Shown piece after piece: positions 11,527 to 27,705 of a DNA stretch of 64,000 bases; the stretch's first letter is position 1, and each line of letters opens with the position of its first letter. The notes beneath the pieces are model-generated. The model searched no databases, was not told where the DNA came from, and saw only the letters and a program-made list of their open reading frames with translations. Both the position numbers and the translations under genes were made by a program. Source of the stretch: Eledone cirrhosa (taxonomy: Eukaryota); assembly GCA_964016885.1 (NCBI GenBank), contig OZ024742.1:110174001-110238000 (forward strand). Reading direction: 5' to 3'.

Positions 11527-14500
11527 ATGGATGTGTTAAGAGTAGGATGTTTGAATGCACGTGGCCTGGGCTCAACTTGGAAGCAAGCAAAGCTTCTAAA
11601 TGACCTCAGGTCATGTAGTATAAATGTAATGGTTATCTGTGAGACTCGAATCAGCGTCGTGCGGCAGCTGGCCCCCACCTTCGATGACTTTGAGGTGCAT
11701 GCATCTCTCTGTCAACCTGGAGGTGGGGGTGGGGTTGTCGTACTGCTGCAGAAACACCTGGGTCTTGCCGTACAGGTTGTGCACTCGGATCCGGAGGGTC
11801 ATTTGTTGGTGCTAGACGTTGGCAGTAGTGAAAGTGCGGCCTTGAGACTGGTCGCCGTCTACTCCCCTTTCGGAGCTGAACGGCCCGACTTCTTCCAGCG
11901 TTTGGAGACTTTTCTGGGAACGTCGCGTTCCCTGCTTCTAGCGGGGGATTGGAATGACATCCTAGATGCACGTTGGGACTATGCAGGACCATGTCCTAAT
12001 AGAGGGAGGGGGGGGGGGTGTAACATCCTCAAGGGGTTGCTCGACCGTTTTAACTTGGTCGATAGATATCGACTAGATTTTCCAACTGTGCCTACCTGGA
12101 CTTGGAGAAACCACAGTGGTCAATCTAGATCGTACTTAGATAGATTCTTAGTTAGAAGTAAGGATAGGGACATATTAAGCTGTCCAGAAATGCGCACGGT
12201 TGGCTATACGGATCACAAATTAGTGACCTGCGTGGTCAATCTCGAGAAAACACATAAACAGGGTCCCGGTTACTGGAAACTTAATTTGTCTTTACCGGCA
12301 AAAGAGACTTACAGAAACCGGATTAGCAGATTAGTTAAGGAGAGGTTGACGGGTGCAATCGTCAACAACTGATGGTGGGTATCTCTCAAAAGAGAGATTA
12401 GAACAGAATCAATAAGTTATAGCAAGATGTTAGCTGCCGATAGGAATAGAAACGAGAAAGAATTAACAGGTAAATTAGAAGAGGCAATCAAGAGCGAAGA
12501 TGTGGCCAGAGTGCTGGCATCGAGGACGGCCTTGAACCAGTTTTTCGATGCAAAGCACGAAGGCTGCGTCATTCGAAGTAAAATACGTGCTCTAGGTAAT
12601 GAGGGGGCCAAAGCCGTTGGCTGGGCCCGCGTGACAGAAGCTAAGAGTGGAAATCGATCCACTATCCGGTCGTTGCAAGACGAAGATGGACGGGTGATCC
12701 GGGAGCCTAAGCAGATGTGCGAGGCCTTTCAAAGGCACTTTGCCCGATTGTTCGGGGGAGGCGAGGGTCCGGGCGGGGGCGTGGATTTCGGTCCATACCT
12801 CGACGGCCTGCCGCGTCTCTCGAGCGAAGAGGCAGAGTCCTGCGAGGGACCAATCTCGGCTGATGAGATCGGAGATGCGCTGAGCCAATGCAGCAGACGC
12901 AAATCTCCAGGTCTCGATGGTATACTTTACGAACTTTATTTAGCAATGCCGGTCTTCTTCTCCGAACTCCTCGAAGCGGTCTACTGCAATTGGCAGCAGA
13001 ACGGGAGAATTCCTTGTTCTGTAGCCAAGGGCGTAGTCACGTTGGTGAGGAAGGACGAGAACAAGGGAGATAGTATAAATAATTTTCGGCCCATAACCCT
13101 GCTAAACACAGAGTTAAAGATTTTGGCCAAGGTGTTAGCAAAGAGGTTGGCGCTTGTCGTGGGTGGCCTGGTGGGAGATGCGCAGACATGTGCTATCCCA
13201 TCCAGGTCCATTCACGATAACCTCCACCTCATGCGATACATCATAGAGAGGGTTGGCAACAAACCCGGCTTCGGTGGGGCCCTGATCAACTTGGATCAGT
13301 CTAAGGCCTTCGATAGGGTCGACCATGGTTACCTGGATGCGGTGCTAGCGGCGGCTGGGTTCGGTCCTGTTTTCAGAGGCTGGATCACTGCCTTACATAG
13401 CAACCACATCTGTTCTAGGATCAAGGGGAACGGCTACCTTTCGAAGCCGTTCGAAATCACACGATCCATTCGACAGGGGTGCCCTCTCTCCTCCCTTCTG
13501 TACGTATTGACTCTCGAGCCTTTACTGAGGAAGTTGGAGTTGTTGCAGGGTATCCCCCTGGAACCAGGATTGAGCAAAGCGGTGTCGGCTTACGCCGATG
13601 ACGTAACAGTAATGGTATCGACCGACTCGGAGATCGAGGCGATCGGTACCTTACTGGAGGAGTACGAAAGGTTGTCAGGAGCGAAACTGAACCGGGAAAA
13701 ATCCATCGGGCTGCAACTCGGAACGTGGAGAGGCAGACCGATGCCTCCTGACGGTGTCGTCGGACACTGGACGGAGGGCCCGGTAAAGTTGCTTGGGGTC
13801 TGGTTTGGACCGGACCTCCAGGTGGAAAAGAACTGGAACGAGGTTACAAGGTGTTTGCACTAACCCAGAAATGGGCCAAGTGTAAGCTGTCCCTAAAAGG
13901 CCGGGCGGAGGTGGCGAACATTTACATAGCGTCCGTCACTTACTACCGCCTGACTGTCGTGCCTTGCCCTAAGGAAACACTCACCACCATGGAACGCATG
14001 CTCTTCCAATTTCTTTGGAAGAAGCGCCCTCCTATGGTGAGAAGATCCATCTGCTGCCAACAACCTTCGAAAGGAGGGCTGAGGATGCCGTGGTTGATGA
14101 TGCGTAGGCATGCATTAAGGCTACGGTACCTACAGGTATTCCTCACTGGTCAACCGGTGTGGGCTCCGTTCATGAAACGAGCCTTTCCGAGACTCGTCTC
14201 GCTCACCGAGCTACAGTCCTGGGTCAAGCAAAGATCCGGAAAACTGGGAGACTGGCACACTGAGTGTGCTCAGGCGCTCAGGGCTCTTTGGCAAGCGGGT
14301 CAGGCCATCGGTGGAGAATCCACCTCATCATTCTATAGAGGGCTGGTGGCTAGCAGGGGCGATGTCACCCTTGGAGAGTCGCTGGACATGGAAGAAGACG
14401 AACTGGCCAGCCTGTTCGGTAGGACTTTCGGCCCAGGACCAATGGACAACTTCCAGAAGTCACTGGCCTGGCAGTGCTACCGGGGGGCTCTACCCGTTCG

Positions 14501-14969
14501 AGAGAGGCTCTACAGACACGGGCGCCCGGGCAGGGATCCCTCAAAAAAGATTTGCCCTAGATGCGTGCGTCACGAAGAAACCGTTGCGCACGCATTGGCG
14601 CAATGTCCGGGCGTGGCTGATCTGTGGGGCTACGCCGAACGACTGCTGTCGCGGGTGGCGCCGATTAAATTGACCGCCGAGTCCGTGATGACAATCAAAC
14701 CGCCTCCCCTCTTCACAAAGGAAGCAAAGGCGGTTTTTCTGTGCGTAATAGCCATGTTGAAAGAGGTTGTTTGGTGGACACGATTGAAAGGTCTGAGGTG
14801 AGGCAACTTCCTCTCTGGCCATAGTCTGGTCTACTTCTTCCGATATCACTTCGGAAGAAGGATAAGAATGGAGAGAGAGGTGCTTGGCCACAGGCAGTTT
14901 TATGAAAGGTGGGTGATAGTGGCGAGAATGGCTCGTATAAGTGGGCCTTCTCTGTATACCATCCTGTAG
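11527..14969 (+). pseudogene. Tx1 ORF2 (APE endonuclease, RT, zinc knuckle), disrupted
   Basis: LNARGL, ETR, GDWN, YLDR, TDH, then RT motifs; stop at 12370, frameshift near 13850, stop at 14799. Confidence 0.92.
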
Positions 14970-15183
14970 GTAAAGAAGTAAAGGAGAGGGGAGCACCTTC
15001 TCCATGTGCTCCCCGGGCAAAGGATTGCACACTTTTTCGGGGGTGTGTGCAACCCCCATCACGTCCCCTCCCTTTTGAGGTTATTTTCGATTATTTTCAT
15101 GTTACACCCTTTTTACTCGATTATATGTAAACTCCCCCTTTGTATTTGTCCCTTCTTTTTATGCCTTTATGGTAAATAAAGAA

Positions 15184-15282
<99 letters not shown>

Positions 15283-15731
15283 GTTATAAATGTCACAATT
15301 GTGAAAAGAATTAAGTAAAGAATGTTTATCACTTGAATAAAAATATATCATTTGAATCTAGCGATTTCATCCTTCACTGGACTTTTTAATATATAAAGCT
15401 AGTTGTTGTTAAAAGGATAGTCAAACCGGAAGTTTTGACTACCCTTTTAATAACACTTAACTCTTGATCAATGGAAGCGCTAGATTCAAATTATTAACAA
15501 TATTTTATTATTATATATCTTATTCAAGTGATAAACAGTGTTTTCTTACTTCTTCTGACACTTATTTTTCATCAATATATAAAAATACCCAGCTTAACAA
15601 CAATCATATCTACACAAACCGCAGCACTGATCAAAATAACTGCGACAAAACTAAATAAAAGCAACAAACGAAACAACAACAGCAGCAGCAATACTACTAC
15701 TACTACTACTACGAATAATAATGATAATAAT

Positions 15732-16015
15732 TGTTTCTATTTTAGGCACAAGGCCAGCAATAACCCAATACATTACTGGTACTTTATCGACCCCGTAAGG
15801 ATGGAAGGCAAAGTTTACTTAATGATAATAATTGTTTCTACTTTTGGCACAAGGCCAGCAATTATTCCAGTGTATTACTGGTACTTTATTTTATCGACCC
15901 CGTAAGGATGAAAGGCAAAGTTAACCTCGGCGGGATTTGAACTCAGAATGGCAAGGGCCGTAACTCTATACGTCAAAGCATGGCGTCCGACCCTCTACCG
16001 ATACTACCAATCCAC
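15732..16015 (-). mobile_element. tRNA-derived SINE (15833-16015) with a tandem truncated copy (15732-15820)
   Basis: A-box and B-box-like GAGTTCAAATCC on the minus strand; core GCCTTTCATCCTTACGGGGTCGATAAA; 10-bp TSD TGATAATAAT at 15823-15832 and 16016-16025. Confidence 0.88.
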
Positions 16016-16450
16016 TGATAATAATAAACAATAATAACAACTCTAACAATGAGTATCCTTCAATTCTGAAGAACAAAAAACAAGACAGTAACAGCACGCA
16101 GGAAAACTGTTGAGACTATCGGTCGTAAATCTTAAAAGAACAACAACATAACACAACGAAACAAACTAACAAGAGAAAGAAAAACAACAAGAACAATTAT
16201 ATCAACAATAAACAGCTGCAACAATAAACAGCTGCAACAAAAACAACAATCATAATTAATTGGTCTTCCTTTGGCATTTGAGTGTCTCGAAATATTCACC
16301 AAATTTACGTAGCAATTAATGTTAATCAAATGGAAATGAGAAATATCATTTATTTATTTATCTATTTATTCCTTCTATTATTTATTTATTCTATTTTCTT
16401 AAATATTTTTCTTTATTTTCTTTTCTTTTATCGTTTTTATTTATTTATTT

Positions 16451-16483
<33 letters not shown>

Positions 16484-17819
16484 TATTTTTTTCAGTTTTC
16501 TTTGCCAGAACTCGAGACGTGAGAGGCACAATTTACGGGTTTAAGCAATTCCATCGACTTGATATACGATAATTGCAGCAACAGAAATAACAACAAAAAC
16601 AAACAACAACAATAACAAAAACAAACAAACAAGAACATCAACGACGGTGATGAAGATAATGATGATGATGATGAGCTTACGACTGGGTATGTACATGATT
16701 TATCGATCTCTTAATGATATATAAGAAAGATACATTAGTTAATGTAATTCTTGATACACAAAATTACGTATTTGACCAAAATTAACCTAAGGATAAACGG
16801 CAACAAAAAACCAAAAACCAAAATAAAACAACAACAAACAAACAAACAAACAAACAAACAAACAAAAAATAACCCCAAAAAAACTTGCTAACTAAGAAAA
16901 AAAAATGGAAGTCGATGTTGTGTAGGATGTGTTAAGTGGTTTTATTTGTTGTCAGTCCTGATTAAGCAGACCTAGTGTGTTCATGAGTATATTATCCGCT
17001 CTTTGAAGCCAGTAGAGTGTAATTTGAGGAGTGTGATGCTATTTTTAGTGAGTTGAACAGTCATGTAGAAGCTCTCGCATTGGCTTGCGCATTTTTATCT
17101 TTGTAGTAATGGCTGCGTAACCCTGGACAGCTTTGATTAAACGGTCTGATTGCAGCATTAGATATTGTTTAGTTCGGCTTGATCTAATCGATTTAAAGTG
17201 AAAAATAGTATACAATCAGTTAATTATCGCGTAGATTCCACTAATTTATAGTATGTATATAGCAGAATTGTAGAATAGATATAACAAATATATATATGTA
17301 TGTGTAGAACCAAACTATCGAAAGCAGAGAAGCAATCTATAGTTCGAACACACATATTGGATAAATACAGCGAAATTAGTCCAAATAAAAGAAATACTCT
17401 ATTATATTTTGGTCTGCATCTGTACTATACTTTCCTTGTGTATGTCTCCCTACTTGAGTTTATTTTATTTTTGTTTACGTTGTTTAATCAGGGAACGAAG
17501 GGCTATGCACATGAGCCTTTTTATTCAAACGGAGCACTTGGCCTGAATACTTGCAACGGAGTAGACTCGGCTAAAGACACACATATAATGGTATTAAGAG
17601 GGCGAGGGGATGGTTATATCTTTACCAGTGTTTAGTTGTATTTATATCAATCTTTTCTAAACTAGGATCTAGGAAAGCCATAATTTCATAATAACCTTCT
17701 GCGGTTCTGTGATATAAGGGGCCATTAGATGAAGTTTAATGAAAATGTATTGTTGGTTTTATTTGTTTGTTTGTGTTTGTATATGTGTGTGCATGTATGT
17801 GTGTAAAATATAGTTTGGT

Positions 17820-17853
<34 letters not shown>

Positions 17854-17864
17854 GAAGCTATATT

Positions 17865-19435
<1,571 letters not shown>

Positions 19436-19941
19436 TACCGTTGTAGTTGTTGTAGAAGGAACAGGAAGACAACAACTGGAATGCTATATATTATTGCTAT
19501 ATATAATATTACTACTCATCTATGCCTATGTCCTATAATATTCTTACTATGAAGTTAACAACAAATTGAAAATATATTAAATGTCACTTTAATTACTAGA
19601 AAGGAAACAAAACAATTTCAGAACATTTAATGATTCCACAAATGGAGATTGATAAAATAAATATCAGATTTAAAAATCAAAACTGTGGTCGGTAAGATCG
19701 ATTAAAATCCTCCAAGCCCATATATATATATATAAGAGTGTATTGGTCAGCTTATGAACTTTTCAATCGACGGTTTTGTGCACAGTTTTCAGCTACAAAA
19801 TTTTACTGACAAGTTATTGGTCAAGTCGAGGCTATAGAAGTAAATAGTGTGACTGAACCCGAAACCACGTGGCTGCAAAGCAAACTTCTCCATCACACAG
19901 CCATGTTTGCACCTATAGATACAAGTATAGATAGAAATAAT

Positions 19942-20124
19942 TGTTTCTACTTTTGGCACAAGGCCAGCAATTACCCAGTGCATTGTTGGTGCTTTATTTT
20001 ATCGACCCCGTAAGGATGAAAGGCAAAGTTAACCTCGGCGGGATTTGAACTCAGAATGGCAAGGGGCGTAACTCTATGCGTCAAAGCATGGCATCCGACC
20101 CTCTACCGATACTGCCATTCCACC
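19942..20124 (-). mobile_element. tRNA-derived SINE, same family
   Basis: Near-identical to 15833-16015; perfect TSD TAGAAATAAT at 19932-19941 and 20125-20134. Confidence 0.9.
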
Positions 20125-20608
20125 TAGAAATAATGTACAGTAGAAACATAACAAAAATATACTCTAGATTCAACTTAACTCTAGAAACCAATAAAACAAT
20201 CAATTTTTAAGACGGAAGGAAAAGTTGTATATCGGAGTTTTAGATGTAGTATGCCTGATATCAACAGAACAACAACAAACAAATGATGGTACGTTCACAG
20301 CTATAATGATTTTTATCATATGTCTGCTTGATCAGGAATGACTGAGCGTTAAACAAAAACAAACAAAATAAACAAACACAACATCAGTCAAAAATAACAA
20401 TAATAATTGTAAATCTAGTTTTATAGTTGTCAGAATTTCCTTAATTCCATCGCCATGATGCAGTAAATAACTAAATAAATAAGTATAAAAGCTGTTTACA
20501 GCTATATAGAAAATGAAAGTTAATTTACAAGACAATTTGCATATTGGTTTTAGTTTGGCGTTGTTCAGAATTTATTAGTACGTCAACATAGAACATATAA
20601 GCAATAAC

Positions 20609-20664
<56 letters not shown>

Positions 20665-20679
20665 TCACACACAATATAT

Positions 20680-20711
<32 letters not shown>

Positions 20712-21200
20712 GTATATATGTATATATGTATATATGTATATATATATATTTATATATATGTATATATATATACACTTATATATAAACAACAACAACATCT
20801 ATATAAAGAACAACAAACATTACTATACAGTTCAGTAAACCAATTTATATTTATATATTTAAAACACATGTAGTGTTGTTGTGAAATGTTAAATCGAGGA
20901 AATACACCAGCATCTTGGCAATTATCCAACTGGCTGCTGATGTGACCCCCTATTATTCAAGTTCCCGGGGGAGTTCTGTTAAACCTGTTGCCGTGATGTA
21001 AAGAATAAATAGCTCATGTCTTCTACGAGGTCATCTGTTCGTGTGTGCACTTATTTTAGTTTGGCAACCGTAAAGAAATTACACGTATAACTAACATAGT
21101 ATACAAAGCAAGCAACACAATACAAAGGAATACACACACACACTCACACATACACACAAACACATACACACACGCATACACAAGCACGCACCTCTCTCTC

Positions 21201-21255
<55 letters not shown>

Positions 21256-21256
21256 A

Positions 21257-21305
<49 letters not shown>

Positions 21306-21739
21306 AGAGATGATGATGATGATGATGATGATGTTGATGATAGACATTCATTTCCGAGGAGAACGAGTTATGAGTTCAGTTCTTCGATCAGCCTACACAA
21401 AGAATTAGCGTACAATGTGGCAGAGTATTCCACAAATATGTGTTCTATCAAAGTAATTCTCAAGGGAAGTTAGTATGGCACAGCGTGGCACAGTGTGACA
21501 CAGTGTGACAAGACTGTATTACAAGTGCAAAGCATACAACGGGTTTCCATCCAGTTTCCGTTTAGCCAATTTCACTCACAAGGCCTGGGTTGACTAGAAG
21601 TTAAGATAAAAGGCACTTGCCTCAAAGTCCACGCAATGGGACAACATTTGGGATGTTATGATGACATGTGTGTGTTTATATGTGTGTGCTTATATGCGTA
21701 AGTGCGTTGAAAACATTTTCTCTTGCTACAAAAGAAATG

Positions 21740-21776
<37 letters not shown>

Positions 21777-21838
21777 AAAAACAAGATGGCGTAGGACAGA
21801 ACAAAGGAGAGGCACAGAAACAAAGAAAAGAATCCCCA

Positions 21839-21881
21839 GTCACTGAAGAGGTCACAGAATGTGTGACGAAAGAACTTTGAC
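21839..21881 (+). ncRNA. Minimal type I hammerhead ribozyme-like motif
   Basis: gtca-CTGAAGA-g-GTCACA gaatg TGTGAC-GAAA-gaac-TT-tgac; a related degenerate copy lies at 52025-52060. Confidence 0.55.
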
Positions 21882-22131
21882 AATATATGAACAACCGCCC
21901 GGTTGTGGAACCAACCAACCAACCGGAAATTTATAAATTCTTAAATTTACAAATTTATAAATTTATAAATTTAATTTATAATAAATTGGAATGATTACAA
22001 CTGGTGCGTGTGTTTCTTAATTGGCAACATGACCCTCCCATAGCATGACAATATATATATTTATATATATAATTATTATATATTTCTTTCTCTCTCTCAC
22101 TCTCTCTCTCTCTCTCTCTCTCTCTCCCCTC

Positions 22132-22222
<91 letters not shown>

Positions 22223-22611
22223 ACTTTAATCTTAAACAAATAATACATTATGGTGGCTGGAGTACAATACTCTTGTCAGATCTAGGCCGAATAGTCATGG
22301 TTAGAACATATTTATCATAAACAGAATAGGTTCTACTTAAAGTGAAACAATTAAATTATACCCCACTACGTTATTTTGGTCTTATATCTACCAAATAAAC
22401 TGTTATAGCTCTCCACTCATCTCCACTCCACTATTACTCGATTATATTACTCTATTTACTATATTACACTTTACCCCCTTACACACCACTTCTCTCTCTT
22501 TCACTTCAATTCATTTTATCCTTCTCCTTTCAACACAACTCAAACCTCATCGATTCCACTTAAGTGTCACCCTCACAACTCCATATAATTATTAGACTAT
22601 TACACTATTAC

Positions 22612-22806
22612 AGGGCGGTCGATTGGCAGTATCGGTAGAGGGTCGGGTGCCATGCTTTGCAGCGTAGAGTTACGGCCCTTTATGATCTGAGATAAAATCT
22701 CGACGAGGTTAGCTTTGCCTTTCATCCTTACGGGGTCGATAAAATAAAGTACCAGTAATGTACTTGGGTAATTCCTGGCCTTGTAGCAAAAGTAGAAACA
22801 ATTATT
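22612..22806 (+). mobile_element. tRNA-derived SINE, same family
   Basis: GGGCGGTCGATTGGCAGTATCGG head, shared core, AGAAACAATTATT tail. Confidence 0.88.
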
Positions 22807-23783
22807 TTATACTCAACTCAATTTTCCTTCACCCTAGTCTACACCATTTCATCCATCGCCACTATTCTACTACGCTACGTCTCATTCAATTTCAATCGAC
22901 TCCATTCCCACCATTGCAGTACTATATTCCATTATAGTACCATATGTATCTTCTATATCTATCAAATTCATCCCACCCAAATATCCTAATACACTACTAT
23001 ATTCGACACCACGCCTCCACTGTACCCCATTCTATTAATAACAATATTCTGCTCCACACTAAATCCACTATTAAATTAATATATTACATATGTTATAAAG
23101 GCGGGCTAAAACTTTTACAATAAACAGTTTTAAAACTTTGCTGTAAAGTATACATTTATACATTTCTTCATTTTATTATTTTATAATTTTGCTTTCTTAT
23201 GACTTTTTCAAAAAGAAAAAAGAAAAAAAAAAAGAGCTCCACAAATTCTGTTTATTGAATTCTTGATTTAATTTTCTTGTGTTGAATATCTCCTTGTCTA
23301 TTCTCTTTCTCTATTATATTTTAGAGAATCTTTTTTAATAATATTATGTTTTATTTTTATGGGTTCATATACTTATTTTTCAGCCATTTTCGTTTAGAAA
23401 TTTACGATTGATTTTTTGATTTTTAGAGGAAATATAAACCAAAAAGCGAAAATCAAATAGAATTGAACTCCCCCTAAAAGCGCAATCTGAAAGAAGAATG
23501 GAAGTTTAACGGAGGCTTATTATATTCTCCAATGTAAATAGATTTATTGATCTGCAAGCATCATCTTAACCTATTTTGAAAAATTCATGGAATTTAGAGT
23601 CTTTTATATGTGACTTATTCTCTGAGTGTCACACACAATAGTGGTGGTATGGATTTTTGGTTGAAAGATTGACATGTGGTCTACTGTATCGTTTGCGACG
23701 AAAATACAGAACAACATAATTCCACGAAAAGAACAATTACGTTGTATAGAATAAATAAAATATTATTGCAAAAGAAAGATAGA

Positions 23784-23896
<113 letters not shown>

Positions 23897-24190
23897 CATA
23901 CATACATACGAATATGCTCACCACACACACACATATTTATATATATTATATTCATAAACATATATATCTATACACTCACACATATATATATACACATAAA
24001 TACGTATACATTTATACATATATACTTATATACACCATTAGTATACGTACAATTATATACATACATGCATATGTATAAATATAAATAAATAAATAGATAT
24101 ATACATATATATATGTGTGTGTGTTGTGTGTATAGATATATATGTATATAATTATACAAGTTAAACACACAAACGCACGCACACACACAC

Positions 24191-24230
<40 letters not shown>

Positions 24231-24473
24231 GCTATAATTTTTCTTTTACTGGTTTTAGTTGTTAGCTGGTGCCATGCTGAAGCCGCTCGTTGATTTAGTC
24301 GAGCATATCACAGCCAATACTTACTTTCTTCAAGCCTGGTGCATATTTTATCGATTTCTGTTTTGTAGAACCGCTAACTTACGCGAAAAAGAAAAAACGC
24401 ACACACAGACACAAACATATATATATATATATTATATATATATATTATATATATATATTATATATATATATAT

Positions 24474-25253
<780 letters not shown>

Positions 25254-25671
25254 TATATATATATAATTAAGGTGTTCGCCCTAACATAGTTGTATACATA
25301 TAAGTATTTTGTATATTTGGCGATATGTGGTATGTTTAGGAATAAATATTTTGAAAGCCTTCAGCTATGAATTTGGAAACTGATGACGTAGCACAATCTA
25401 GCGGATTCCAGCAGAAGCGAAGGGTACAAAATACCCATACTATGTATACAACCAGTGGCGAACTGGGTCTAAAAATATTGGTTGCCAGGAGATGAAGGGG
25501 GCCCACCTACATATAGAATGCTATCATTTGATATTTATAATGAATAAATAACATTTTCGAAAAATACATAAGTGGAAACAAAACAATGCAACCAAATGTT
25601 TGCGGAAAAATATGTTACCTTCTCCAATAAAAAATATTATGTATTTTGCGAAATTCAGAGACTTTCAATAA

Positions 25672-26140
25672 TGACCAGAAGTCGACCCTAAATATTACTA
25701 ATAGCTCTAGGAAAGCCATGAACGACACCAAATCTTTTTAACTTTGATTTTGAAATTAGGTTTATAATTATCAATTTTCATTATACTTTTGTAGCTGTCT
25801 CGGTGGCCTAGCTGGAGGAATCATAGACGGTTGTAATCATGATTTGAAGTTCGAATCTGGTCGTGAGTAGTGCTCCCGGTAAACCTTTTCATTTCTTTTC
25901 TATTGGTTGTAAAATAAAAACTGAATAAGATTACATGTACTTCTTGACCAGGATTGAACCCAAGGCCAGGATCTCCAACGTTTCTAGTATCCACCGCTAG
26001 ACCACAGAGGCAACTACGAAAATCTCATGAAAATTCATACTTATAAACCTACTTTCAAAATTTTCAATACAAAATGATGTGGTGTCGTTCATGTATTTCT
26101 TAATGTTATTGCTTCTACTTAAGGTCAACTTCTAAATCAT
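25672..26140. mobile_element. Old MITE-like inverted repeat whose arms each end in an inward-facing tRNA-like segment
   Basis: CATGAACGACACCA / TGGTGTCGTTCATG and AGGTTTATAA / TTATAAACCT mirror pairs; A/B-box-like motifs on both arms. Confidence 0.6.
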
Positions 26141-26750
26141 TTGGGTGTTCCATAAACTACATCCTCGTTTGTTTCACATCTATCTAGACTATATTTTAAC
26201 CTGTAATCCATGTTTCATTTCTGTTGCACTTAATTTCTCCCCCCCCCTCTCTTTCTCTCTGTGATATTTGAATCTACGATGATTTGGGCTTACTTTATTT
26301 ATATATATATGTTTTTGCATGTCAGATTCAAACTTACAATGATTGGCATTATATATATATATATCAAACATAAGTGGAAACAAAATAGTGCAATCAAATT
26401 TTTGCGGAAAAATATCTTACCTTCTCCAATATATATATATAGATAAATATGGGTTGAGAAAGGCGAGGCTGTGTGGTTACTGAAGGTAACGGGAAACAAA
26501 CAAGAGATGAAAAGTTTCCCTTCGTCAGCTGTTTACTACGGATCATGGATGTTTCGGTGCATTATAAACAGAACATCGATCCATAGCGCGCCCATAGCCT
26601 TTTATCTATCAAAAAGCTATGAGGGAAAGAAGTGATAGCGAAGAGAGAGAAAGAAAGAAAAAATAGGAAAAAACGAAGTAAATATACCTATAGAAGGGGG
26701 TACACAATATATATATGTGTGTGTGTGTGCAAGTATATTTATATATATAT

Positions 26751-27182
26751 ACTAGACCTGAAAAATGCGCAAGCTCAAAAGAGCCACAGAATGTTATAAT
26801 AAACCTTCAAAAGTGTGGGACTAGAGTTGTTGATAAAAAATATTGTAATCATTATCTATCGTACACTCTAGATGTATTTATTGTGATATTTTTATAGAGG
26901 ATGCCACAGAATATACGATAGATAATGATTACAATATTTTTTAGCAAGGGCGGTGGATTGGCAGTATCGGTAGAGGGTCGGACGCTATGCTTTCCAGCAT
27001 AGTTACGTCCATTTACGATCTGAGTTCAAATCCCGCCGAGGTTGACTTTGCCTTTCATCCTTACGGGGTCGATAAAATAAAGTACCAGTAATGCACTGGG
27101 TAATTGCTGGCCTTGTGCCTAAAGTAGAAACAATTATAACATTCTGTGGCTCTTTTGAGCTTGCGCATTTTTCAGGTCTAGT
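26751..27182. mobile_element. Palindromic MITE-like element with about 50-bp perfect TIRs, containing a SINE (26948-27137, + strand)
   Basis: ACTAGACCTGAAAAATGCGCAAGCTCAAAAGAGCCACAGAATGTTATAAT is mirrored at the right end; a second internal inverted pair is present. Confidence 0.75.
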
Positions 27183-27525
27183 TTAATATTTTTTTAAGGC
27201 AACGCTTGTAATAACTCTAGTTAAACATGATATATATTAATAATAAATTATCGTTGTAATGTAATTAGATTATATAGTTGTTATTTTATAAATGATCTTA
27301 CAAATATTATTGTAAGATGTATAAAAATATTTTCAGACTTTTAATATAAACAACTACAAAAACAATCAATATTAAATAAATATATTTTACATAATAATTG
27401 TTATAGTTGAATTAATAAAAATTAAATATTACATACAAATAGTCTAACATAATAATAAAAAAATAATCTAACATAATAATGATAAAATAATCTAACATAA
27501 AACGAACAATAATATGGACAATAAT

Positions 27526-27705
27526 TGTTTCTACTTTAGGCACAAGGCCAGCAATTACCCAGTGCATTACTGGTACTTTATTTTATCGACCCCGTAAGGA
27601 TGAAAGGCAAAGTCAACCTCGGCGGGATTTGAATTCAGATCGTAAAGGGACGTAACTATGCTGGAAAGCATGGCGTCCGACCCTCTACCGATACTGCCAA
27701 TCCAC
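27526..27705 (-). mobile_element. tRNA-derived SINE, same family
   Basis: TSD GGACAATAAT (27516-27525) and GGACAGTAAT (27706-27715). Confidence 0.9.

Larger units (their letters stand above)
9349..15184 (+). mobile_element. Full-length Tx1-clade element (copy 5): 5' UTR, ORF1, ORF2, 3' UTR, with (TATC)n on both sides
   Basis: Two-ORF layout; TATC arrays at about 9257-9348 and 15185-15282. Confidence 0.93.

Noticed and set aside
58-15130. Many antisense and alternative-frame ORFs over the Tx1 copies
   Set aside because: Shadow ORFs of GC-rich coding sequence; they recur only because the elements are repeated.
22612-22705. SINE heads as genuine tRNA genes
   Set aside because: No complete cloverleaf; always attached to the same core and tail, often with TSDs.
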